This document shows, piece by piece, positions 48,265 through 59,665 of a DNA stretch of 64,000 nucleotides. Each line of letters opens with the position of its first letter. The stretch's first letter is position 1. A program made the position numbers and the translations under genes. The notes under the pieces were generated by a model that was not told where the DNA came from, made no database searches, and was given only the letters and a program-made list of their open reading frames with translations. The stretch spans positions 49,416,001 to 49,480,000 of the forward strand of contig NC_087436.1 of assembly GCF_036321535.1 (NCBI RefSeq). The letters are read 5' to 3'. Source of the DNA: Camelus dromedarius. Taxonomy: Eukaryota.

Positions 48265-48516
48265 GGGGGTGGAGGGATAAATTGGGAGTTCAGGATTTGC
48301 AGATACTAAATACTATGAATAAAATAGTTAAACATCATGGCCCTACTGTATAGTACAGGGAACTACATCCAATGCCTTGTATTAACCTATAATGAAAGAG
48401 AATATGAAAACAAATATATTTTTATATATAGTATGACTAAATCAGTATGCTGTATACCAGAAATTAACTGGTATACAGCATAGTGTATACTTACTGACTA
48501 TACTTCAAAAAAAATA
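48265..48516 (+). mobile_element. 5'-truncated artiodactyl-type L1 3' end (older)
   Basis: GGAGGGATAAATTGGGAGTTCAGGATTTGCAGATAC...CCTACTGTATAGTACAGGGAACTA...GACTATACTTCAAAAAAA. Left TSD AAAGATAATTCTA (48252-48264) recurs as AAAGACAATTCTA (50449-50461). Confidence 0.9.
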
Positions 48517-48527
48517 ACGACAATTCT

Positions 48528-50448
48528 TTTTTTTTTAACATTTTTTATTGAGTTATAGTCAATTTACAATGTTGTGTCAAATTCCAGTGTAGAGTACAAT
48601 TTTTCAATTATACATGAACATACATATATTCATTGTCACATTTTTTTTTTGCTGTGAGCTAACACAAGATCTTGTATATATTTCCCTGTGCTATACAGTA
48701 TAATCTTGCTTATCTATTCTACATTTTGAAATCCCAGTCTGTCCCTTCCCACCCTCTGTCCCCTTGGCAACCACAAGTTTGTATTCTATGTCTATGAGTC
48801 TGTTTCTGTTTTGTATTTATGTTCATTTTTTTTAAAAAGATTCCACATATGAGCGATCTCATATGGTATTTTTCTTTCTTTTTCTGGCTTACTTCACTTA
48901 GAATGACATTCTCCAGGAACATCCATGTTGCTGCAAATGGTGTTATGTTGTCATTTTTATGGCTGAATAGTATTCCATTGTATAAATATACCACCTCTTC
49001 TTTATCCAGTCATCTATTGGTGGACATTTAGGCTGTTTCCATGTCTTGGCTATTGTAAATAGTGCTGCTATGAACATTGGGGTGCAGGTGTCTTTTTGAA
49101 GTAGGGTTCCTTCTGGATATATGCCCAGGAGAGGGATTCCTGGGTCATATGTTAAGTCTATTCCTAGTCTTTTGAGGAATCTCCATACTGTTTTCCACAG
49201 TGGCTGCACCAAACTGCATTCCCACCAGCAGTGTAGGAGGGTTCCCTTTTCTCCACAGCCTCTCTAGCATTTTCCATTTGTGGACTTTTGAATGATGGCC
49301 ATTCTGGCTGGTGTGAGGTGATACCTCATTGTAGTTTTGATTTGCATTTCTCTGATAATTAGTGATATGGAGCATTTTTTCATGTGCCTATTGATCATTT
49401 GTATTCTTTCCTTGGGGAATTGCTTGTTTAGGTCTTCTGCCCATTTTTGGATTGGGTTGTTTATTTTTTTCTTCTTATGTCGTATGAGCTGCTTATATAT
49501 TCTGGAGATAAAGCCTTTGTTGGTTTCATCGTTGGCAAAATTTTCTTCCATTCCATAGGTTGTCGTTCTGTTTTACTTATGATTTCCTTTGCTGTGCAGA
49601 AGCTTGTAAGTTTAATTAGGTCCCATTTGTTTATTCTTGCTTTTATTTCTATTGCTTGGGTAGACTGCCCTAGGAGAACATTTTTGAGATGTATGTCAGA
49701 TAATGTTTTGCCTATATTTTCTTCTAGGAGGTTTTATTGTATCTTGTCTGATGTTTAAGTCTTCGATCCATTTTGAGTTGATTTTTGTGTGTGGTGTAAG
49801 GGAGTGTTCTAGCTTCATTGCTTTACATGCTGGTGTCCAGTTTTCCCAACACCATTTGCTGAAGAGACTGTCTTTATTCCATTGTATATTCTTGCCTCCT
49901 TTGTCGAAGATTAGTTGGCCAAAAGTTTGTGGGTTCACTTCTGGGCTCTCTATTCTGTTCCATTGGTCCATATGTCTGTTTTTGTACCAACACCATGCTG
50001 TCTTGATGACTGTAGCTCTGTATTATTGTCTGAAGTCTGGGAGAGTTATTGCTCCAGCCTCTTTCTTTCTCTTCAGTAATGCTTTGGCAATTCTAGATCA
50101 TTTGTGGTTCCATATAAATTTTATTATGGTTTGTTCTAGTTCTGTGAAATATGTCCTGGGTAATTTGATAGAGATTGCATTAAATCTGTAGATTGCCTAG
50201 GGCAGTGTGACCATTTTAACAATATTGATTCTTCCAATCCAGGAGCATGGGCTATCTTTCCATTTTTTAAAGTCTTCTTTAATTTCCTTCATCAATGGTT
50301 TATAGTTTTCCATGTATAAGTCTTTCACTTCCTTGGTTAGATTTATTCCTAGGTATTTTATTACTTTGGGTGCTATATTAAAGGGGACTGTTTCTTTACT
50401 TTCTTCTTCTGTTAATTCATCGTTAGTGTAAAGAAATGCAACTGATTT
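48528..50448 (-). mobile_element. Younger 5'-truncated LINE-1 (about 1.9 kb; ORF2 C-terminus, 3'UTR, poly(A))
   Basis: Minus-strand ORFs [46 protein letters not shown] and PKCPPIDDWIKKRWYIYTMEYYSAIK are L1 ORF2 C-terminus, frameshifted. TSD GACAATTCT at 48519-48527 and 50452-50460. Confidence 0.97.
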
Positions 50449-51179
50449 AAAGACAATTCTAAGAACATTTTTGAACCTTGTAACTGGTAAGATGTAGACA
50501 TTGAGAAAGAGGGGGAGTCAAGGACAGCTCCCAGATTTCTGGTCGAGAGAAATGGATACACTTAGCTAACCAGAGAGCATAAGAGAGGGAGGGGTGCTCA
50601 AAACTAAGGGATTATGATTTGACTTTTAGTGTGTACTAAAATCAAAAAATCACTGGGCACACACAGGACATTGGAGAGGGAAAAGCTATTTGACAAGAGG
50701 GTCTCCATCCTCAGGAGAGATGTCAAGATAGCAGATAAATGTTGAGGGGCAGTCAGTCAGTTGATTGCTCATCTATCTATCCAGTGTCCACTCTGTGGCA
50801 GGTACTTGCTTGATCTGTAAAAGCTGTTAAGTCAGAGGTGTCTCCAGGTTTGTTTCCTGCCCTCTATTCACTATTACACTGAGCCCCTGTCTCTTATGTC
50901 CTTAAATCATACCTTGTCATGACAAATAACTTCAATTAATTCTACCACGTCAAGGTCAAGCTTTCTAACTCTCTGCTTACCACCTCCTTCCATTCCAGGT
51001 TCCTCCTCTGGTATCATGACTCACTGGGTCCCCACAACTCCTTTGCCTCACTGGAATCTACAATTCTATCATTCTACCACCTTTTTATTGTCAGCTCGCT
51101 ACCCTCTCTTGTTCTCACGTTGCCTCTAAGCTAGCTTAAATTCCAACCCTTTATGACTTCTACAGAGTCTTCCTTACTT

Positions 51180-51500
51180 TCTCAGTCATCTCCCCTGCAG
51201 CTAGGGGTTTTTGTGTGACTCATTTCTGGCCCATAAGCTGTTAGTAGAAACTGGTGGAGTTTGTGTGAGCGTGTTTGTGTGGGGGGATGGTTTTGGGAAA
51301 GCTTTGGTGTGCCTCCTTCCTCCCCTCTTTGTCCTGCCTTAATTGAGGTCATGGTGGCTAAAACCTTGGCAGCCATGTTGCAGCCACAAACGAAAAGCCA
51401 TGAGGACAGCCAAGATGTCGGCGGGCCCTGATGCATCAGAGCAGCTGAACGAAAGGCAGCAACTGCATTCCTCTGGATATCTTTTTATGCAAAATGCAAT
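51180..51500 (+). mobile_element. MLT1J-like LTR fragment
   Basis: TTTGTGTGACTCATTTCTGGCCCATAAG...GGCAGCCATGTTGCAGCCAC...GGCCCTGATGCATCAGAGCAGCTGAAC. Confidence 0.6.
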
Positions 51501-51974
51501 CCCCATTTGAGGCAGAAAGTATTCCTAAGTAGTATGGCCCACAGAAATGAGGGATGTTTTGCTGTATCTGTGTCACTTAAAGAGTCATGTGTTATTGTGA
51601 ATGTTTTCCACCAATATTCTGCTAAAGGCATGAGGGAAAGTTGATCATGTTTAAACAAAGAAAAAACAGATTTAGATCTGTATTTTAGAAAGAGCCCTCG
51701 GTTGAATGTATGGAAGATTACAATGGACAACCTTTTTGTTCCTTGAAATAACTCTTCCTTTCTCCCTCCATGTGGTTGTGGTTGGGGTCACACAACCCAA
51801 GACTCCACAGCCCTGGTAATTACCCCTGAGAATGAAGTGTGGATCAAGGAGGGCCGATCAGAATCCATCCTTAGGACTGTCCTAACCAGAGCTGGATGGG
51901 GAGGCTGAACTCTGATTCTGGCATCATGGAGATGGGATTCTGGAAGTCTCAGTCATTTAGGCCAGGAAACCCGT

Positions 51975-52352
51975 TATTATAGGCTGGCTACCCTGGAGGC
52001 AGACAGATACGGAGTTTGGGGTGCAGGTGTTTCTTAGGGGTCAACCCTGTAAAGGGAAAGGAAAAGATATACTGTTGGGCAGAGGGAGAGGTGGAATTGT
52101 GATGCAGGTCTGACAAAGCTCCAGCCCAACCGGCAGGGAGCTCTGGGCCTCAGGTGGCTGGCCAGCCTCACTTTGTGACCAGCGGTGTGCTACTGTGGGA
52201 AAGGAGTGACCTACAGCAAGGTGGCCCTCCACAGTGGAGGCAGACCTAAAAGGAGCTGACAGGTGGCGGCTGCTGGCTCATGCACCCTTGCAGTTGGCAG
52301 CAAGTCCCTTCTGGAAGGGGGAATTTGGCCAGTGCACCTCCGTGTCCACCAC
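51975..52352 (-). mobile_element. LTR16-like ERVL LTR, nested in an older MLT1-like LTR (about 51725-52545)
   Basis: CCCTGGAGGCAGACAGATACGGAGTTTGGGGTGCAGGTGTTTCTTAGGG...TTGGGCAGAGGGAGAGGTGGAATTGTGATGCAGG resembles LTR16 antisense. Confidence 0.7.
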
Positions 52353-54039
52353 ACTCAACGTGTGGAGAAAGTCTGTCAGCAGAAGGTGAGAATGGAGCCA
52401 ATATATTGACGAAACCAGAGGTGAGGGACAGAAAAAGAGACCTTACAAGAGGTTTGAGTCTACAGACCCATGAGGCCAGAACCACTCTTACCATTCTTGG
52501 TTACTTGAGCCAATAATTTCTCTTTTTTGGCCTAATTCACTTTAGCCATGACAGCCGGGGTTAACATGATATTGTTGAAGGCAATAATTGATTTGAAGGA
52601 ACAATAAGTAGGTGGTAGAGAGACTTTTACAGAAGTTGGGGAGGATTGAAGAGAGACGAAGATAGTAGTCATGGTGACGCACGCATGTTGCACGGGAGAA
52701 GTGACAGGCTATGATGACTAATCTTAAAGCAGGAACCAAGGAGAGCAAGAATTCTCAGAAAAATTCCCAGGACTTAGCTTAGGTGAGAGCCTCCCCCTCC
52801 TCCCCTAGTTATGCAGGTAGGGCATAAAGGAGCAGGAAAAAGTGGGAGGAATTCACGGGTTTTGATTTATAATACTACATCTTGAGTGTATCCAATGGAC
52901 TTACTTAAAATCTAAAATGCTAGCTAATAAATTTTCAGTGAAAAATATCACTACTGCCTGGTGCGAAAACTTAAAACAGCTGATCAGCTGACGGGTCTTT
53001 CTCGTCAGAAGGGCCTATTTGTGCAGCTAAATTCAAATCAGAAATTTGCTCGAGTCAGGATAAAACAAGTTAATGATGCTTTTAAATTGTCATGAAGCTG
53101 TGATACTCATTAAGTTACAAGGACTGATCTGCTGAGAAAACATGACTACTTTGTCAGTTGGCTAGGGTACCTGTGCCCTTGGACAGTAGCAGGAAAAACC
53201 TGGAAAATACCTACTCATCACCTCTCTTTTGATCACCTAAGACTTAATGCAGATTTCCTTGTCTCTTATCATTACGTTATTATCTCCTGACATATAAGTT
53301 CCAAGCTTATACTCTATATGCTTTAGGAAAATCACTGACAATATCTAGGAGGTGGCATATTCGCCTCATAAGATAAGTGACAGGGAATCACCTCATAAGA
53401 TGGATCCTATGGAAATACATTTTACTTACATGAATCTTCATTTACAGAAAATTGCACTGCTCTACCTTTTCTCTGCATCTTGGGGTACGACCTCCTCATT
53501 TTACATTCTGACAGGTACGTGAGTAGTGAAGACGAGAGGAAGGCCAAAATCAGGAAGGAGCTCATGATGGGGCAGTGTTTGCTTTGTTAGATTCCAAAAC
53601 CTAGGAATGAAGCCATCACATGCTATATATGCTTTATAAATTTCTCATTTCATCTCAAATTACAGAATTGGCATCTGTATGGGAGGCATTAGTGATATTA
53701 GTGACATACCCAATACCTCTCGTATTGATGATCTGTATTCATTTTACAATTGACATTATTGTGAGTTAGGTGTTACCCTAAGTTGTACCTATCTAGAAAA
53801 ATGTGTAATGCAAAGGTATAGACAAAGAAAAACTGTGTTGGATAATTGTGGGCACTAATCACAATTCTTTATGCCCTGCATGAGATCCTCACTCTAGTAC
53901 CTCTACCTCCTATTCTTCAACTTACTCCTTTCCCACTTCACTCATAACCCCCTATTTGTCATTGCTTCATACTGTCTGAAGTCCCCACTTAGTCTCACTA
54001 GGACCTCTAGTCACTTAGCTCTCCCCAATTCACATAGCA

Positions 54040-54274
54040 CATGAATTCTCAGTGGAAGCAATATCACCCTTAAAGGGCCAAGCTATTAAGTACACCCTGG
54101 GCAAGAGCATCTCAGATATTAGAATGGTTTGTGGTCCCTCCAAAAGGGCCACAGTATATACGCACAATACAGTGTATCTTTGGTTGTCAAATTTCATGGG
54201 GAGGGCAACTAGAAAAACGTCTAAAAAGGCATCTCAGGGAATGATAACAACAACAACAAAAAGGAGAAACGCTG
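54040..54274. mobile_element. MER106-like hAT-Charlie MITE
   Basis: CATGAATTCTCA...AGATATTAGAATGGTTTGTGGTCCCTCCAAAAGGGCCACAGTA...AAATTTCATGGGGAGGGC...TCTAAAAAGGC...GAGAAACGCTG. Confidence 0.7.
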
Positions 54275-54364
54275 ACCCAGAACAACCACCTACCTGAATG
54301 TACAATTAAATCAGCACTGACTTCATTCCCACCCTCCCCTCCCCTGTCCCTGTGATCTTCTGTG

Positions 54365-54866
54365 GTGTCTGGTCCAATGTTGACTGGTAGAAATAAAATG
54401 TGAGCCTCATGCGGAATTTAAAATTTTCTAGTTAATTGCATAAGAAAAAAAGAAACAGGTAAAATTGATTTGAATATGTACTTGACTTAATATATCCAAA
54501 ATATTCAACATATAACCAAAATAATAATTACTAAATATCTTACTTTCTTTGTGGGCTAAATCTTTAAAATCCAGTTAGTATTTTAGACTTATAGCACATT
54601 TGAATTTGAATGTTAATTTCCATTGAAATTACTTGATCTGTTTTTAGATTTCAACACATGTAATGGCTAAAAAGTGGCATCACATATCCAAGTTATTTTA
54701 AACATATTTAAACATTTTCAATAACCAAATAGAGTATCCCCTATTTCAATTTAAATTACTTAAGATTAAGTGAAATAAAAATTTCAGTTTCTCCGTCACA
54801 CTAGCCAGATTTTAAGTGCTCAAAAGCCACATGTAGTTAAATGGCTGCCATATTAGGAAATGCCAG
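54365..54866. mobile_element. Charlie1/MER33-related hAT DNA transposon relic
   Basis: AGAAATAAAATGTGAGCC...AATTTAAAATTTTCTAG...GTCACACTAGCCAGATTTTAAGTGCTCAAAAGCCACATGTAG...TGGCTGCCATATT. Confidence 0.8.
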
Positions 54867-55409
54867 TTTGGTCTATTATTTCCCCATAGTTCTCTCTCTT
54901 TTTTTTTTTTTCTGGATTGCTGGATACAAATGCAGTGACAATTTAGAATGGTAAGACGCTAGCTCAGGACAGATACATGATATCAAAACTCGTTTGAGTC
55001 CTCACTGTTATCAGGCAGTCATAGATGGCTGGTCTTGTGGAATTCCTAGCACAGGGACAGCTACTCGCACAGCTCAGTGTCACCACTTCTCTATTCTGAC
55101 TTCAGGGTAGACATCCCAAATTAAAGATGGTGTTCTTTCCCACTGAACTCAACTGCAGCCTCAACATCCTTTTATAGGTTATTTCAGCTAAAATCACTTC
55201 TCTTAAGACGGTATTTCAGTCAGCTACAGTAAATTAACTGGAGTTACCATAAAAGTTGAAAGCATTCTGCCATTCTTGTCTTTGTTCATCCCACAATATC
55301 CTTTCCAGAACATATTTTAAGTGAACATAATGGGTTTTAGACTGGATATAAAATGATTCACGGGCATTAGAAGACAAGAATTCATAGCATATGAGTACAT
55401 GTAAAAGCA

Positions 55410-55622
55410 GTAAAACAGACTTGGGACTGAATCTACTTTTACCACTTGCCATCTGTATCAGTTTGGACTACTTACCCAACCTCCCTGAGTCTTATTTTCT
55501 TATTTGAAAAATTGGAATAATACCTTCTGCTTTGAAGGATTATTATAATAATTAAAAAGTATAGGACATGTCAGGCATTTGGCACAGAGCCTGGCATATA
55601 GTAAGCATTCAAATTAAATTGG
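55410..55622 (+). mobile_element. MIR SINE
   Basis: CAGACTTGGGACTGAATC...TTACCCAACCTCCCTGAGTC...GCACAGAGCCTGGCATATAGTAAGCATTCAA. Confidence 0.75.
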
Positions 55623-56439
55623 TATCTATTGTCTTGAGCTAATTAAATATCTTATATCACTAGCTAAACGTTCAGTGTTCATATCCTCTGGCTTCCTAGC
55701 CACCTTGCTAACTTCTTGGAAGGAAGAATTACGTGCCATTCAACATTTTTTACCCTTTTCAGAGGTTAGCAAAGTTCTCACCATAGGGCTGACTTTCAGT
55801 GAGTACTGAATGAATGAATCGATGCGTCTGTAAACCTGTAATTGCTCTCATAATATTCAAAAGATGAATTTGCCAATTCAGGTCAAAATAGCTATTAAAT
55901 TCGGGCTGAGAAGATTTCTATGACACCAGACCTCAGTCTCAGGACTGTAGGTGGGGGCAGGTACAATGTTCTAAGATCTATATCAATGCATCTCAGAGTC
56001 CACACTTTTGCTACTGTTTTAATTGGAGCTTAGGTCATGGGGAGAGTAGGAAAACATGGTGAAGACCTGAGGAGCAGACAGTTTTACAAAGGAATGACAG
56101 CCAACTGAAGGGTCTTAGCATCAGAAAATAAGAAGTAGTTAAGCAGGAGTTACTTAGGGAAAGGTCTGCAGTAGGCAAGAAGTCTAGGTCCCAGGAGGTG
56201 ATAGAGCATGGCAGGGTTGGGAAACACGTGGTTAAGCAATCAGCAGAGGGACAGCTTGGCAGTCAATTACATTCAAGTATATTTTGTATCACGTAGTAGA
56301 AATTCAGCTATGGAGACTAATTTGGAGTAGGACTTTTAACATCTAGAAAGGACTGTGAGGGGGAAGTCAGGAAACCAATTCCAAATGTAGTGGTCAGTAA
56401 ATTCAGTAAAAGACTCACTGCTACAGATTCAAGTGCCTA

Positions 56440-57090
56440 GAGTTTTTATTTGAATTATGTCAATAGCCTTCTATATGGCTCCTGCTCTTCCTCCTCCCAT
56501 CTTTCTCCCCTTCCTTTCCTTTCTCCACATGGTGGCCAGAATGAAATACTCAAAATGCAAAATTGATCCTGCTGTTCCCCTAGTTTACACCCTTCAAAGG
56601 CTCCAAGTTGTTCTTAAAGTCCAAACTCTCTCTTATGGCCTACCATTTCCTGTAAAAGCGATTCCTTCTTAGTTCTCTGACCTCATCTATCACATCACTC
56701 AACACTACTTTAAAATCCAGCCACATTCAACTCTTCTCAGTTCCTCCAAAAGGATACCTGCTGAGGTCTCTCTTACTTCTGAGTTTCCCCAAGGCTGTTC
56801 TTTCTTTCAAGGGTATTTTCTCACTTTTCTGTGCCAAGGTAATTTTCTCGGAATCCTTTAGGCCTTGGTTAGAAGGCATTTCTTCCGGTAAACTCAGATC
56901 TGTCAAGTTTGGGTTAGTTGCCCCTGTACTTCCTTTAATGGCTGTTCCACTTCCTCCTGGTACCTCCACCTCCTCCCCCACCCCTGCTCCCACTCCCAGC
57001 TCTGTAAGGATAGGGATCATCAAAGTCCTCTTCAGTTATATCTCCAGGGACCAACATACATAAGGTACTCAATAAATATTTTTTGAATGA
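56440..57090 (+). mobile_element. L2 3' portion
   Basis: TTCTCCACATGGTGGCCAGAATG...AAAATGCAAAATTGATC...GGTACTCAATAAATATTTTTTGAATGA. Confidence 0.75.
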
Positions 57091-57635
57091 TAAATATATG
57101 CTAAAGCTTGTTTACAAAGAACACGGCTGGACTCTGGTTCTGGGCAATAACATCATATGTCAAGGCAGCTAGACTGGCCAGATGTTGAGCTTTGAACTGC
57201 TGGACAGAAGGCACAAAGATCTCCTTGATTGCATTCAAAGATTGCAAACAGGTAAATTAAAAGGCCTATCTCTGGAGGTACAAGAGATATAAAGAACCAA
57301 GCAGATTTTTATAAACATTTTAAATGTTCTAGGTGTGGTTAGGGTGGAGTGTTATAGTTACCTATCCACAATTTTTTTTCTTTTTCTAAGCTACTAATAG
57401 AATATTAATTAATTATTGTTAACTATGTTAACATTAGTATTAATACTACAAGAAAAAGAACACATAATTATATTTTCCAATTTTTATGTGATTAGTACAC
57501 AACCCAACAATGAATGATGTTCTTTCTCTAATCTAGTTTATAAAACATAAAATGAATAAGCATTTTAGTTGTTGACTGACAAATGGAATTAATGTGTAGG
57601 AAGACTATAAATATCATCTCTCCTCTTTAAAAAAT

Positions 57636-57737
57636 TATTTTCTTATTCTTATTTTTTTAACTGAGGTACTGGGGATCAAACCCAGGACCCTGTGCATGTT
57701 AGGCATGCACTCTTACCACTGAGCTATACCCTCCCCC
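57636..57737 (-). mobile_element. Vic-1-like SINE (short form)
   Basis: GAGGTACTGGGGATCAAACCCAGGACCCTGTGCATGTTAGGCATGCACTCTTACCACTGAGCTATACCCTCCCC. Confidence 0.92.
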
Positions 57738-58282
57738 TACAACATCACCTTTTCTTGATCAGGATTGTCTACTTTGTTTTATTTAATCCTTCTCTAATGA
57801 ATTTTACTCTAAAATTCCAACAGTTACATATATTAAAGTTGTATTTATAACCAATTATTTTTATTTTACTGATATCTGAAATTCTTGTGATAATATCCAC
57901 AGAGGTAAAATCCATACACATCATATAAAATATTTTTTCCTACTACATAAAAACAAAGTAGGGTTTCTTGCCCCTGGATGATATTGTGACCTTAACAAAT
58001 TGTGGCCCGAGTTGTGATATATCTCATCATTACAACTCAGAGGCACTAAAGACATCTGATTAGTCATATTCTTCCAAGGATTCTGCCAAATTTCTTTTGA
58101 CTAGTAACGTAGTATTGAGCTACTCTTGATTTTCTTTCTAATTTGATGACTGTGGTGGGAGTTTCCTCATCTCAGCTTTTACCTCTCTTGAAAAAAGTCA
58201 TCTCTCTTAGCATCCTAAAGTTTTTCTTTAAAGCACTTGTCAGAATTTATTTGTTTATTATGTTTTAGAACATGTTTCTTGC

Positions 58283-58445
58283 AGGAGGGTATAGCTCAGT
58301 GGTAGAGTGCATGCCTGGCAAGCATAAGACCTCCATTAGAATAAATAAATAAAAACCTAATTATGCCCTCACCTCCAAAAAGAATAAAAAATAAATGAAA
58401 ATAAAAATGTGAAATTCTAAAATAAGTTGTTAAAAAAAGAATAAT
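58283..58445 (+). mobile_element. Vic-1-like SINE, internally deleted (T-arm/B-box missing), within an L2 remnant
   Basis: GGAGGGTATAGCTCAGTGGTAGAGTGCATGCCTGGCAAGCATAAG|ACCTCCATTAGAATAAATAAATAAAAACCTAATT; the GTCCTGGGTTCAATCCCCAGT segment is absent. Confidence 0.9.
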
Positions 58446-58618
58446 AAAATGTGATTCTCAGTGAGATTATTACAAATAAGCACAATGAAGGCAGAATTTT
58501 ATCTATTAGGCCTCACAAATTGTATTCTCTACCATCTAGCACAGACCCTGGCATGTATCAGGCACTGAAGAATAGTTCTTGAATTACTGAATAAATGCGC
58601 TGAACTTTTTAATCTTGA

Positions 58619-59105
58619 GTGTGTTCAGGTTTTGTCAGAAAACAGAAATCACTTAGTATTTTGTGTAGGAATAAAATTAATCCAGAACATTGGAATTACT
58701 GTGGGAGAGAAAGTCTGGAAGGTTATTTTTCAGCAAATTTGAAAGTGTAGTTTTGCTGGAGGGTCACTATCAGTGATCCTAGTTGCACAGAGAACTCAAG
58801 TGGGTTATTCTCAGGAGGATGGCTGGAGCCACTGGAAGCTTCTGTTGATGATCTCAGCTGCCTGCTTATAGCAGGTGATTCCTGGGAGAAGCACTGAAAG
58901 CCAAAGAGCGCTGCCAACAGTGATCTCATCTGCCTGCAAACAGCTGCTACTGAGAGAAATGGCTTCTTCTCTTTAAAATCTTTGTGACTGTCTCATTGGC
59001 AGGCTCTAACCTTGAACAATACTGGAAAGGGATTCTGGGACACGTAGTTCTACAGTGTAGACAGGGATGAGGGTAAAGCTGATGAAAGGCAATTCAGCAC
59101 ACTGA
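58619..59105. mobile_element. Ancient LTR-like element (family uncertain)
   Basis: TGTGTTCAGGTTTTGTCAGAAAACAGAAATCAC...CTCATTGGCAGGCTCTAACC...GGAAAGGGATTCTGGGACACGTAGTTC resembles old mammalian LTRs. Confidence 0.45.
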
Positions 59106-59209
59106 GCCATTAGGAGGGAGCTCCTAATTAAAGATAAACTAGACTGTAAGCTCTGTGACAAGAAGGATTTAATTTTTTTAAATTGATCTATCCACAGCAT
59201 TTGGGTGCT

Positions 59210-59665
59210 TATGGCAGCAATGGCTGGCTAAGAAGGACAGCGTCATACCCCTCCCTTCCACAGTGTAGACTTCTTTCTGGGAAGTGGCTGTCTACTTCCC
59301 TTAGCTTCCCTGGCATCTAAGTGAGGCCATGTAACTAGTTCTTGCTAATGCACTGGGGACAGAAGTGATGTGAATCTATTCTGAGTTGAAGTGGAGCTGA
59401 GGTGTCAGGAACTCAACTTTCTGAGGTATCTTTTTGCTTGTTGTCTGGCAGAGTGTAAAACATTGAGCAGAGGACTCAAAAGACCCTAGGACATGGCAAG
59501 TCACCCATGGAAATAGCTGGGATTTCATCATTGCTTGGATGAAGGCTGCTCAGGATCAGATCAGGAATGTCTGATTTGACTTTGTGCCTAAGAACTAAAT
59601 CAGATAGTATAAAACCAAAGAAATTTTGAGGTTGCTTCTTATAGCAGCTGGTCACTCCTAAATGC
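59210..59665 (+). mobile_element. MLT1H/I-like MaLR LTR
   Basis: CTTCCCTGGCATCTAAGTGAGGCCATGTAACTAGTTCTTGCTAATG...AATTTTGAGGTTGCTTCTTATAGCAGCT. Confidence 0.65.

Noticed and set aside
49703..50191. 162-aa hydrophobic ORF resembling a membrane protein
   Set aside because: It is the antisense reading of L1 ORF2. T-rich antisense L1 routinely gives F/L/I-rich ORFs; the same applies to 31934-32353 and 25559-25972.
58002..58046. pre-miRNA-like hairpin GAGTTGTGAT...ATTACAACTC
   Set aside because: The core stem is only about 10 bp and the whole fold about 45 nt, too short for a canonical pre-miRNA; no recognised mature sequence.
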